From an uncultured Rhodobacteraceae bacterium (lineage in GTDB: Bacteria; Pseudomonadota; Alphaproteobacteria; Rhodobacterales; Rhodobacteraceae), in assembly GCA_938005545.1 (NCBI GenBank), contig CALKXV010000001.1:37792-101791 (forward strand): a stretch of 64,000 bases of DNA, in the 5' to 3' direction. Positions 25,095 to 34,208 of this stretch are shown here, one piece after another. The stretch's first letter is position 1; each line of letters begins with the position of its first letter. Position numbers and translations under genes: made by a program. The notes beneath the pieces were generated by a model. It did not search any database. It worked only from the letters and a program-made list of their open reading frames with translations, and was not told the origin of the DNA.

Positions 25095-26392
25095 TACAGT
25101 AAGCTGGGCAGCCAAATGGCAAGGCTTGGAACCGCAATCAGCAAGGCGATTCCAACGAAATGCGTCACAAGGAACGGCAGGATTCCGCGATAGATAGTGC
25201 TAAGCGGGATGTCCGGGGCCTGGGCGCGGATCACAAAGATATTGAGCCCGACAGGCGGCGTGATCAGCCCAATCTCGGCCACGATCACCAGAAAGACACC
25301 GAACCAGACAGGCGAATACCCCAGTCCTTCAACGATGGGCAAGAAAACGGGAACAGTGATCAAAATCATCGAGATAGAATCCAGAAAACACCCCAAAATC
25401 ACATAGATCACCACGAGAAAAAGGATGATCGCAAGGGGCGACAATCCTTGCCCGTTTATCCAGTCGCCCAGCGTGGCGGGAATACGGGTTTGTACCATGA
25501 AGGCTGCAAACATGAACGCGCCGAGAATGATGTAGAACAATGTGCCTGTTGTGGTCACGGTCTCTTTGAAGGCACCAAACAACGTTGTTGCGGTGAGCTG
25601 GCGGGTCAGAAAACCCATGGCGATGGTGAGCAATGCACCAATTGCAGCCGCTTCGGTCGGGGAAAACCAGCCGGCGAATATGCCGCCAACGACCAGTAGA
25701 AAGATTGCCGCCATTTTCCAAAATCCTACGAGTGCCGACAAACGCTCGGAAAAAGGCATTGCAGGGACCGGCGGCATTTCATCGGGGCGCAGGCGCGATA
25801 AGACTGACAGGGTGACGATGTGCAGAGCCGCCAGCAGGAGACCGGGGATGAGGGCGGCAGCAAACAGTGCTGGCACGCTTTGCTGGGCGATAATGGAATA
25901 GATGATCAAGATGATTGATGGTGGAATTAGAATTCCCAAAGTGCCGCCGGACGCGACCACACCCGATGCGATTGCATCAGAGTAGCCGTGACGGCGCATC
26001 TCAGGGATCGACACGCGCGTCATGGTTGAAGCCGTCGCCAAAGATGATCCGCAAATCGCTCCGAAGCCTGCACAGGCCCCAACTGTGCCCATCGCGAGCC
26101 CACCCCGGAGGCCTGAGAATAAAGCATTGGCCGCAGCGAAAAGTTCTGTCGCCATCTTGGTGCGACTGGCGACAACGCCCATCAATAGAAATAGGGGTAC
26201 AACCGACAGTGAATAGGCCTGCGCTAGCAAAAATGGTTTGTCGCCAAGAGTGAAGAGCGCGGTCTTGGATCCATCAATGGCCCAATATCCGCCAAGGCCG
26301 ACAAGCAGTAAAGATGTGCCAACGGGTACCCGCAGAAAGATCATTCCGACAAGAAGCATAATGGCCAGAACGCCAATAATTTGCGGTGCCAC
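25091..26392 (-). CDS. dctM: TRAP transporter large permease (DctM family)
   Basis: 433 aa, polytopic, with the typical DctM length and composition. Directly follows the small-permease gene. Confidence 0.88.
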   Translation of the reverse strand: MAPQIIGVLAIMLLVGMIFLRVPVGTSLLLVGLGGYWAIDGSKTALFTLGDKPFLLAQAYSLSVVPLFLLMGVVASRTKMATELFAAANALFSGLRGGLAMGTVGACAGFGAICGSSLATASTMTRVSIPEMRRHGYSDAIASGVVASGGTLGILIPPSIILIIYSIIAQQSVPALFAAALIPGLLLAALHIVTLSVLSRLRPDEMPPVPAMPFSERLSALVGFWKMAAIFLLVVGGIFAGWFSPTEAAAIGALLTIAMGFLTRQLTATTLFGAFKETVTTTGTLFYIILGAFMFAAFMVQTRIPATLGDWINGQGLSPLAIILFLVVIYVILGCFLDSISMILITVPVFLPIVEGLGYSPVWFGVFLVIVAEIGLITPPVGLNIFVIRAQAPDIPLSTIYRGILPFLVTHFVGIALLIAVPSLAIWLPSLLY

Positions 26393-26875
26393 TTATACGC
26401 TCCGGTCTTTCATCGCGATGTTGAGGGCAACGGCAAGAATGGAAAAGGCGATGCCAACCCAGATCGCGATCCAATAGTAGAATTTCAGGATACCTAGATC
26501 AAATGTAACCTCACCCCACTCCAAAACGCTAAGGGCCGGGCGAATGATCTGTGTACCAACTGCGAGTAAGGCAATCAACGTCAGGGCCTGGCCGATGACG
26601 CGAAAGCGCCCATTGCTGTCCCATTTGTCGATAATATCAACAGCAATCACCTGTCCGGCAAAGAATGCTGCGGCAATTGATAGGTAGATCATCCAATCTA
26701 GAGAGAGTTCAACGTAATCCAGCGTGCCAGATATCCGCCATCCCGGGTCAATCGCGCGCATCGCCACATCGGCTGTAACAACAAGCATGAGAAACGCCAA
26801 ACAGACCGAAGCCAATGCAGACATCACTGCTCCGGCTCGGTTTCGTATCGTCCTGAGTGTCTTTAGGGCTGGCAT
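26393..26875 (-). CDS. dctQ: TRAP transporter small permease (DctQ family)
   Basis: 160 aa with four hydrophobic segments. Lies between dctP and dctM. The start may instead be 26824. Confidence 0.8.
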   Translation of the reverse strand: MPALKTLRTIRNRAGAVMSALASVCLAFLMLVVTADVAMRAIDPGWRISGTLDYVELSLDWMIYLSIAAAFFAGQVIAVDIIDKWDSNGRFRVIGQALTLIALLAVGTQIIRPALSVLEWGEVTFDLGILKFYYWIAIWVGIAFSILAVALNIAMKDRSV

Positions 26876-27891
26876 CCAAGGCCCACAGGTCCAACGGCCT
26901 CTATCGCTGCTTTGATCGCAGCCATAGTGTCACCTGCGGGCAATCCGCTGTCATTCAAACTTGCCAGATAACCCGATGTCTGTGCTTCGCCGACTGCTTG
27001 GAACTTAGCCAATTCAGCCTCTGTCAGAGTATGAATGTTCACACCCGCTTTGACGAGAACACCCTTCCCAACACCGTCCAGCTTATCCCAGATCTGACCG
27101 ATCTGCGGAGACACGTCTTCAAAGCTCGCGTCCACCATAGCCTGTAAATCAGCTGGCAATTCGCCAAAGCTGTCAGGGTTCATCACAAGCGCAAAGGAGG
27201 ATGAATAGGCGTAGACTTCTGTAATATCGGTAAGGAACGGCCCAAGCTGGAACGCCAGCCCGGCCCCGCCGTAGTCGATCATCGTGCCGTCAATGGTGCC
27301 CTTCTGAAGCGCCTCGGCCATGGCTGTTGGTGGCAGACCAACGGGCTTGCCTCCCAGCATCGCAATCAACTGCCCCACGGTTTGTGAAGGCGGGCGCAGC
27401 GCTTTGCCTTCCAAGTCGGACAAAGCCAGAATGGGGCTGCCGTTCATATTGATTTGCCCCGGGGGGTGCATGAATGTTGTCAGGACTTTCACACCGCGAT
27501 GCTCAGGGTCCGTCAGTGCGCGCACGGAAGGGACGTTCAAAACGCGTGTCGCCTGCTCGGCAGAGCAGAAGAGGAATGGCATGTTGGAAATCTCTGTCAG
27601 CTTAAAGCGCCCCGGCGTCGCACCGTGCAGAACCCAAGTGATGTCGGCCTGACCGTTGGCCGCGAGATCATAGTAGGCAGGCGGCGGGCCCATCTGCGCA
27701 CCGTGCAATATTTCAAACTTTAGGCGGCCTTCGGACTTCTCTTCGAGCCCCGCGGCCCAGGCTTCGATCCATTGGGACATGCCATGTTTTGGCGTCACAA
27801 AGGTCGCGACTTTGAGGTCATAGGTTTGTGCCGCAGCGATGCTGCCCGTGACCGATAGCACGGTTGCAGCGATGAGTGATTTGAGTTTCAT
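26863..27891 (-). CDS. dctP: TRAP transporter substrate-binding protein (DctP family)
   Basis: Signal peptide MKLKSLIAATVLSVTGSIAAAQT, with GGGAGGG SD before ATG 27891. DctP-like length. Confidence 0.85.
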   Translation of the reverse strand: MKLKSLIAATVLSVTGSIAAAQTYDLKVATFVTPKHGMSQWIEAWAAGLEEKSEGRLKFEILHGAQMGPPPAYYDLAANGQADITWVLHGATPGRFKLTEISNMPFLFCSAEQATRVLNVPSVRALTDPEHRGVKVLTTFMHPPGQINMNGSPILALSDLEGKALRPPSQTVGQLIAMLGGKPVGLPPTAMAEALQKGTIDGTMIDYGGAGLAFQLGPFLTDITEVYAYSSSFALVMNPDSFGELPADLQAMVDASFEDVSPQIGQIWDKLDGVGKGVLVKAGVNIHTLTEAELAKFQAVGEAQTSGYLASLNDSGLPAGDTMAAIKAAIEAVGPVGLGCQP

Positions 27892-27915
27892 AGGTCCCTC
27901 CCAAGACAAGTTTTC

Positions 27916-28950
27916 TTATGCAGCCGGCTTTTCTTCGCGGAAAATTCCCAGCTTTTGTTGCGCGGCTCGATCCGAGAAACTGAACAAGACAGCGCCGGCG
28001 TTTGCGACGATTTGATAGGTTGACCAATTCGGCACGACGAACGTGTCATTTTCTTCAAAATGGAGTTCGGTCGCACCGACCCGAGCAATTCCAGAGCCTT
28101 CGACCACGTTGAACACGGTAGATTCCGTTGACCGCCATGCGGCCGTCTCAAACCCCTTCGGCAAGAACTGTAGAAACGCCGAAATGGTCGGAAGCACGTG
28201 TCCCCCGTCATTCGGGTTTGCATAGATCATCTTATGGCCCAGATACGGATCAATTTGGCCCTGGGCCACGTCCATCAATGCCGCTCGGCTACGATCGTAT
28301 GGATAGCGGAAAATTGGAGAATAGGGTTTTTGTTCCGCCCCGTTGAAGGGGCGCAAACCGCTGGCGTAGTGCTGCACTGACGCATCATCAGAGCGGAAAA
28401 TCGGCTGTTGGCTGGTCTCATTCTCCTCGGCAAATTTGCCGCCCATGAAGTTGACCAAGGGAACGTCAAGCCCATCAAGCCAGATCATCGGCCCGTCGCC
28501 CGTGTTTTCATGGTCGTGCCAGCACCAGCTTGGCGTAGTGATGAAATCACCGCGCTGCATGGAGCACCGCTCGCCCTCCACCGCAGTATAGCCGCCGCTG
28601 CTTTCAAGCACGAAACGAATAGCGCCCTGCGTATGTCTGTGTGCAGGTGCGATTTCACCTGGCATGACCAATTGCAATCCGGCGAAAAGTGTTTGCGCGA
28701 TGCCCGGCCGCTCAAGACCAGGGTTTTTAAGCGCGAGCACCCGGCGTTCGGCCTCTTCAGCGGAAATCTTATTTCCGGCATCCAGCAAAAGCGGGCGCAA
28801 ATCGTTGTAGCGCCACAGAAACGGTTCGCCCATCGGCTTTGGCTCGTCTGAGACCAGCAGGTGATAGATCTCCCACAACGGTATCGTCGAGTGCTTACCC
28901 ATCTCCTTATAGGCATCGGCCAAATGCGGGTGGATTGGGTTCTTGATCAT
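27916..28950 (-). CDS. Gentisate 1,2-dioxygenase-like bicupin ring-cleavage dioxygenase
   Basis: 344 aa. PLWEIYHLL..., AHRHTQGAIRFVLESSGGYTAVEGERCSMQRGDFITTPSWCWHDHEN...WLDGLDVPL matches the GDO family pattern. Confidence 0.75.
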   Translation of the reverse strand: MIKNPIHPHLADAYKEMGKHSTIPLWEIYHLLVSDEPKPMGEPFLWRYNDLRPLLLDAGNKISAEEAERRVLALKNPGLERPGIAQTLFAGLQLVMPGEIAPAHRHTQGAIRFVLESSGGYTAVEGERCSMQRGDFITTPSWCWHDHENTGDGPMIWLDGLDVPLVNFMGGKFAEENETSQQPIFRSDDASVQHYASGLRPFNGAEQKPYSPIFRYPYDRSRAALMDVAQGQIDPYLGHKMIYANPNDGGHVLPTISAFLQFLPKGFETAAWRSTESTVFNVVEGSGIARVGATELHFEENDTFVVPNWSTYQIVANAGAVLFSFSDRAAQQKLGIFREEKPAA

Positions 28951-28953
28951 GGA

Positions 28954-30237
28954 TTACTCCGCTGCATCTTGCATCGTGTTGCCGACAAGATCTCGCCAAT
29001 CGGTTTCTTTGAGGACAACGCCCTCATAAGACGCAATATTGGTTTGTACGATATCAGGATCTGCGCCGATAGCTGGCCCACCTTCGGCCACCAATTGGGC
29101 GGCATCAACCATCAGGCGGCGAAATTCGACAATGGCCAGATCGGAAGCTCCCAGAATATCCTTGCTGCGATCCACCTTCGCCCCCATGGAAACCCACATT
29201 GCTATGTCCTGGTTCGGGATCCCTGCTATGCCGGTAAAATTACCTTTTTTCATCCAGTCGCGATCTTGACCAAACCAATTTTCTTTGGTGCGTCGTGTGG
29301 CCCAAGTTCCTTCATCAAGATCAACACCCGGTACAACATGGTTGAACGCACGCCACGCTTCGGTATCAGGTGTCGTTTCCGGCAGACCCCAGGCAATGAA
29401 GTGAAACGCGCTGGTTTCATCGTCAATCGGCACGACAACGGTTGCGACCTGATACGAACTATTGGGTGGGATGAGCGAAAAATAGGGAGCGACATATTCA
29501 GTCACACGGACATAATTGTGCGTTGCGGCCCCTTTGATCGGGCGGCGAATAGCTGCGTAATGAAAGCCATAGGCGGTGGTTTGCGTCTGCATCCTTGGCG
29601 ATTTGTCGGTCGAGGGTCGATACCAGCTTTTGTCATCCGCAGCCGCGCCATCAACGCGGGCCGGCAACATGTCAGAGGAATGCAGCGACGACGAATGTGC
29701 ACTGTCGATCTGGCCTTCGGTGATCTGCGCCCAATTGGCAGGGATGCGGATTTTTAGGATAGAGACCCGCACGTCATCATTGGGCACAAAGGGGGGGCGG
29801 CGAAACTCTGGTGCGTCTTCCTTCGCCCCAAGCCACGCCCAGACAAATCCACCGCATTCCCGAACCGGATAGGATCTTGCGTTGACCTTTTCTGCAAGGG
29901 GGCTGCCTTCCGGCTCAGATGCCATGGCGACGGTCTTGCCGGATACGTCAAACTTCCAGCCATGATACAGACAACGCAATCCGCAGTCTTCATTGCGACC
30001 GAGGACGAGCGATGCCTTGCGGTGCGGGCACAATTCGTCCAACAGGCCCAAATGTCCATCCGAGTCGCGAAATGCGACGTACCGCTCACCTAGGGCTTCG
30101 ATCAGTAGTGGCTTGCAGTCTGGTTCCGCTACTTCTTCAATCAGGCAAACGGGCGTCCAATGATGGCGCATCAACGTGCCCATGGGAGTGCCCAAACCCG
30201 TCTCGACGAGCGTTTTGTTTTCTTCTTTCGTGAGCAC
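28954..30237 (-). CDS. Rieske [2Fe-2S] oxygenase, phthalate-family (class IA) terminal oxygenase
   Basis: 427 aa. The N-terminus MLTKEENKTL...HHWTPVCLIEEVAEPD resembles phthalate 4,5-dioxygenase. Rieske motif CPH-x16-CLYH is present. Confidence 0.8.
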   Translation of the reverse strand: MLTKEENKTLVETGLGTPMGTLMRHHWTPVCLIEEVAEPDCKPLLIEALGERYVAFRDSDGHLGLLDELCPHRKASLVLGRNEDCGLRCLYHGWKFDVSGKTVAMASEPEGSPLAEKVNARSYPVRECGGFVWAWLGAKEDAPEFRRPPFVPNDDVRVSILKIRIPANWAQITEGQIDSAHSSSLHSSDMLPARVDGAAADDKSWYRPSTDKSPRMQTQTTAYGFHYAAIRRPIKGAATHNYVRVTEYVAPYFSLIPPNSSYQVATVVVPIDDETSAFHFIAWGLPETTPDTEAWRAFNHVVPGVDLDEGTWATRRTKENWFGQDRDWMKKGNFTGIAGIPNQDIAMWVSMGAKVDRSKDILGASDLAIVEFRRLMVDAAQLVAEGGPAIGADPDIVQTNIASYEGVVLKETDWRDLVGNTMQDAAE

Positions 30238-30292
30238 TTTTTTGCATCCGCATCAAGCTACTTTTGAGCCGACCTTATCAATATCCTCACGA

Positions 30293-30322
30293 TTGACAAC
30301 AAAAAATTAGGTATCTAATTAT
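30293..30322 (+). promoter_or_regulatory. Promoter-like element with an embedded second copy of the palindromic operator
   Basis: TTGACA (30293-30298), 17 nt, then TAATTA (30316-30321). AAAATTAGGTATCTAATTAT (30303-30322) matches 18 of 20 positions of the 23531-23550 core. Confidence 0.5.
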
Positions 30323-30344
30323 TATTCTGCCAAGGAGATCGAAG

Positions 30345-31280
30345 TTGCCCCAAAGTATGAAGTTGGATCTACTCTCGCGCCGGGACGTCGCGCAGGACAT
30401 TGCCGAATTTGTCTTCGGGAATAGTCCGGGGCCATTGCCTGCGGCTGAACCGGGTGGACATATTGCAATCGAAACCCCTTCTGGTGCGATGCGTCAGTAT
30501 TCGCTTGTGCATCCGGGCTCGGCCCCAGCGGCCTATACTATTGCGGTCAAGCATGAAGAAAGCGGGCGCGGCGGATCGCGCGCGATGCACAAGTTAGCGG
30601 TGGGTGAAAGCGTCTTGGTGCAAAACCCTGCTAATAACTTCCCACTTGGTTCCGCGTCTGAATACTTACTGATTGCGGGCGGTATCGGGGTCACGCCAAT
30701 CTACTCGATGGTGCAGCATCTTATGTCTGAAAAGGCCAGACTACGTATGATCTATTGTGCCCGTAGTGCACAAGACGCCGCTTACGTTCCTGAGTTGCAA
30801 GAACTTCTAGGGGACCGATTGACGGTTCATTTTGACGGAGGAGATGCGTCAAACCTTTATGATTTTTGGGATGATTTTGCTGAACCCTCCAAAGCCCATG
30901 TCTATTGTTGCGGCCCCGGCCCATTGATGGAGGAAATCAAAGGTATTTCGGGGCACTGGCCCGACGGTGCGATCCATTTTGAAGACTTCGCTGGGGTTGC
31001 AGCCGTGCGCGAAGACGATCAATCTTTCGAGGTGAATTTGCAAAAATCGGGGCAGACCATTACCGTTCCTGACGATAAATCAATTCTGGAAGCGCTGCGC
31101 GATGCAGGTGTTTCGACCACCAGTTCCTGTGAAAGCGGGACCTGCGGCACATGTAAATGCAGGCTGGTTTCCGGAGACGTTGATCACCGTGATATGGTTT
31201 TGATGGACGAAGAAAAACCAAACCATATTATGATTTGTGTGTCGCGTGCGGCCTCTGGCGGGCTCGTTCTTGACCTGTGA
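30345..31280 (+). CDS. Phthalate-dioxygenase-reductase-type oxidoreductase (flavin/NAD domains + C-terminal 2Fe-2S ferredoxin)
   Basis: 311 aa. RQYSL flavin motif, LIAGGIGVTP NAD motif and CESGTCGTCKC plant-type ferredoxin. TTG start lies 7 nt after the AAGGAG SD. Confidence 0.8.
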   Translation: MPQSMKLDLLSRRDVAQDIAEFVFGNSPGPLPAAEPGGHIAIETPSGAMRQYSLVHPGSAPAAYTIAVKHEESGRGGSRAMHKLAVGESVLVQNPANNFPLGSASEYLLIAGGIGVTPIYSMVQHLMSEKARLRMIYCARSAQDAAYVPELQELLGDRLTVHFDGGDASNLYDFWDDFAEPSKAHVYCCGPGPLMEEIKGISGHWPDGAIHFEDFAGVAAVREDDQSFEVNLQKSGQTITVPDDKSILEALRDAGVSTTSSCESGTCGTCKCRLVSGDVDHRDMVLMDEEKPNHIMICVSRAASGGLVLDL

Positions 31281-31290
31281 GCCGATCAAA

Positions 31291-32439
31291 ATGGGAGTGA
31301 TTGGATTGGGTCGTGGGTTTGCCCTTTCGGCGCGGGGCCTCAATGCACATCCCGACATTCATCTTGTCGCGGGAGCAAATCCTTCAGAAGCCCCGCGCCG
31401 CGCATTTGAGGCAACCTTTGGCGGGCAGAGTTTTGCCGACCATACCGACATGTTGCGGGATCCAGATATAGAAGTTGTCTATGTTGCGACCCCCCATCAA
31501 ATGCACAGCGCCCATGTCACAGACTGTTTTAACGCGGGCAAGCACGTGGTGGTGGAAAAGCCCATCACCATTGCTCTGGAGGAAGCCCGCACAATCACGC
31601 GCCTGGCCGCGAACAAAGGTCTGCATCTGCTGGTCGGACCAAGCCATAGCTATGATGCACCCGTTGCCCGCGCTGCCGAGGTTATTTCAGGCGGCTCTTT
31701 GGGTCAGCCCAAGATGCTGCATATGCTAACGGCGACAGATTTCATGTATCGCCCGCGCAGACCCGAAGAGTTAACCACAAGCGAAGGCGGAGGCGTGGTC
31801 TTTTCGCAGGCGGTACATCAGGTGGATGTCGCGATGCGTTTGCTCGGGTCTAGCCCGACATCTGTCTATGCAAAGGTGGGTGAATGGGACCCTGAACGCC
31901 CCAGCGAAGGCGCGATTACCGCAATCTTATCCTTTGCAAACGGGGCGTTCGCCAGCCTGACCTATTCCGGCTACGGGCATTACGATAGCGATCTTGAGAT
32001 GGATAACGTCTCTGAACTTGGCATTGAAAAAGCCCCCAAAGACCATCGCGAAACCCGCCTTGCATTTGAGGAAATAGCTGACGAGACCGCACTAAAACGG
32101 ACCCGCGCCTTTACCGGGATCGATGGGTTACCTGATCCAACGCATCACGAACATTTCGGACCCGTCACCGTATTCTGCGAGCGTGGTGACATTCATCTCT
32201 CACCAGATCGCGTGTCGTTATATCGCGCAGGCGCGATTGAGACCATCGACTGTCCGTTTGACCATTCCAGAAAAGATTTCGCCCAAGCCATCGTCGATCT
32301 TTTGCGTGGTGGCCCAATGCCCGTGCAAACTGGTGCTTGGGGTTTTACCGCATTGGCAACCTGTCACGCGATATTGCAAAGCGCGCAAACCGGCCAACCT
32401 GTTTCTATTAACCCTCAAACAACGGTGACGCATGACTGA
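31291..32439 (+). CDS. Gfo/Idh/MocA-family oxidoreductase (cis-dihydrodiol dehydrogenase candidate)
   Basis: N-terminal Rossmann MGVIGLGRGF and the VVVEKP motif. About 382 aa, the size of phthalate dihydrodiol dehydrogenases. Confidence 0.7.
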   Translation: MGVIGLGRGFALSARGLNAHPDIHLVAGANPSEAPRRAFEATFGGQSFADHTDMLRDPDIEVVYVATPHQMHSAHVTDCFNAGKHVVVEKPITIALEEARTITRLAANKGLHLLVGPSHSYDAPVARAAEVISGGSLGQPKMLHMLTATDFMYRPRRPEELTTSEGGGVVFSQAVHQVDVAMRLLGSSPTSVYAKVGEWDPERPSEGAITAILSFANGAFASLTYSGYGHYDSDLEMDNVSELGIEKAPKDHRETRLAFEEIADETALKRTRAFTGIDGLPDPTHHEHFGPVTVFCERGDIHLSPDRVSLYRAGAIETIDCPFDHSRKDFAQAIVDLLRGGPMPVQTGAWGFTALATCHAILQSAQTGQPVSINPQTTVTHD

Positions 32440-33418
32440 TCTGACTTTATCCGTGGCGGTTGGTGACTACGACCGTACCCGCCCGATCTATGATGGACGC
32501 GTCAAGATCGACGGCGTCGATCCGGTTGTCATGCTGCAAAGCCCCGAAGAGATGTTCTTTAACGCGTTCCGGCATAAGACATGTGACATCAGCGAGCTGT
32601 CGTTCAGCTCTTACTGTATGTCTTTGACCCGTGATGACCCGCCCTACATCGCGGTGCCTGTGTTTCTTAGTCGCGCGTTTCGGCACACATCGATCTATAT
32701 CCGCACAGACAAAGGTATCGCGGCGCCAACTGATCTGAAGGGCAAAAAAATTGGCATTGCCGAATACCAACTGACCGCCAATGTGTGGGTGCGCGCGATT
32801 TTGCAAGAGTACGGAGTATCCCCCCGCGACATCACCTGGGTGCGCGGCGGTATGGATACGGCGGGACGGCCTGAAAAACTGAAATTTACCCCCCCGGATG
32901 ATGTGACAATCACGCTGGCCCCCGAAGGACAATCCCTTAACGACATGTTGGAAGCTGGTGAAATTGATGGGTTTATCGGCCCCCGTTGGCCGCGCTGTTT
33001 CAGCGAAGGGCATCCGCATGTGGGACGGCTGTTTGCCGACTCTCAGGCCGTCGCGACCGCATGGTACCGGCAAAGCCAGATCTTCCCAATCATGCACGTG
33101 CTGGGCGTACGGCGCAGCCTTGCCAACCAACACCCTTGGTTGCCCGGCGCCTTACTCAAAGCGTTCAGTCAGTCCAAAGCGATGGCCTCTGCCGCCTTGG
33201 CAGACACATCCGCGACCAAAGTCACGATGCCGTTTGTCGAGGATACGCTACGCCTTGCCGACCAGTTAAAACCAAACATCTGGTCCTACGGCGTGGCTGG
33301 AAATGAACACGTCATTGAAGCATTTTTGGCAGCCCATCACGCACAAGGTCTGTCGCCGCGTAAATTGGACGTGTCCGAGTTGTTCCACCCTGCCTCCTAC
33401 GAGGGGTACAGTCTGTGA
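32432..33418 (+). CDS. 4,5-dihydroxyphthalate decarboxylase-like protein (NMT1/periplasmic-binding-like fold)
   Basis: 328 aa. LSVAVGDYDRTRPIYDGRVKIDGVDPV...AFRHTSIYIRTDKGI...GIAEYQLTANVWVRAIL resembles the Pht5/OphC family as I remember it. Confidence 0.6.
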   Translation: MTDLTLSVAVGDYDRTRPIYDGRVKIDGVDPVVMLQSPEEMFFNAFRHKTCDISELSFSSYCMSLTRDDPPYIAVPVFLSRAFRHTSIYIRTDKGIAAPTDLKGKKIGIAEYQLTANVWVRAILQEYGVSPRDITWVRGGMDTAGRPEKLKFTPPDDVTITLAPEGQSLNDMLEAGEIDGFIGPRWPRCFSEGHPHVGRLFADSQAVATAWYRQSQIFPIMHVLGVRRSLANQHPWLPGALLKAFSQSKAMASAALADTSATKVTMPFVEDTLRLADQLKPNIWSYGVAGNEHVIEAFLAAHHAQGLSPRKLDVSELFHPASYEGYSL

Positions 33419-33846
33419 CGCTCTCCTCAGGAGACGTCGTGCGCATTGATCTCGATAGTGCGTACTTTTACGCGAAATGCATCAGCGTCCACCCAACCTA
33501 TCAGGAGATTCTGACGATTGACCCCAACCGTTATGACATGCCAGTTGCCGCGGCTGATGAGTTGTCATTCCTTGATTTTAGAATTTTTCCACTCTCTCAT
33601 GCGTTGCTGTCGGGCCGTCTTGATGGTCAGGTCGAGGATCACTTATCCGATGTAAAACCTTTGGTCTTACCCCGTTTCAAGTTTGCAGTCAGAGACAACG
33701 CGGGACAATCGATTTATTGGTGGTTGTGGGACGGTCATACCATCGAAATTGCTGCGCCTGATCAGGATATATCACTCTTGCCAGAGCGAAAATTGACATC
33801 CGTATCAAAGCTGATTTCGTATTGGTTGCAGGGCAAAGCCGACTGA
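33415..33846 (+). CDS. Hypothetical protein (143 aa), translationally coupled to the preceding gene
   Basis: GTG start overlaps the upstream TGA (GTGA). No recognised domain. The N-terminal GDVVRIDLDSAYFYAKCI pattern is vaguely immunity-protein-like. Confidence 0.45.
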   Translation: MTLSSGDVVRIDLDSAYFYAKCISVHPTYQEILTIDPNRYDMPVAAADELSFLDFRIFPLSHALLSGRLDGQVEDHLSDVKPLVLPRFKFAVRDNAGQSIYWWLWDGHTIEIAAPDQDISLLPERKLTSVSKLISYWLQGKAD

Positions 33847-33926
33847 TCCCAAGCCGTCATGGTATGTGCTCTCCGCTTCCTACGATGCGATGTATCCCAG
33901 CGGCAAAAGAAACCATTTGGTGTTGA

Positions 33927-34188
33927 ACCAATTATCCCGAAATCAACTTAATCATTCAGACAGGCGACCAGACAGCGGATATCACTGGCGATCTGACCAG
34001 ACACGGTAAGACTAATCTGGTGATACGGAATACAACACTCACTTGGCGGCGCGATTGGGTATTTTCAGGGGCAGTGGATCGCATTTTGTGTAACCACGAC
34101 TGTCGATCACGTGGTTTTTGCCGTTGATACATTTCCAACAGAGCCCAACTCGATTAACGTGGGCACGGAGTTGAAGGCCGCGAACTAA
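33927..34188 (+). pseudogene. Possible YceI-domain gene remnant (no start codon, internal frameshift)
   Basis: A start-less open frame reads ...IIQTGDQTADITGDLTRHGKTNLV..., compare ITGDLTMNGVTKSV in the 23563 YceI. A shifted frame then ends ...INVGTELKAAN*. Confidence 0.3.
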
Positions 34189-34208
34189 GCGGGATAAGTA
34201 ATCCACTA

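Noticed and set aside
28861-29757. 298-aa plus-strand ORF antisense to the Rieske oxygenase gene
   Set aside because: It carries no motifs, and the opposite strand has the Rieske CPH...CLYH signature and full-length family similarity.
32447-33133. 228-aa minus-strand ORF antisense to the decarboxylase-like gene
   Set aside because: It is an antisense shadow ORF with an Arg/His-rich translation.
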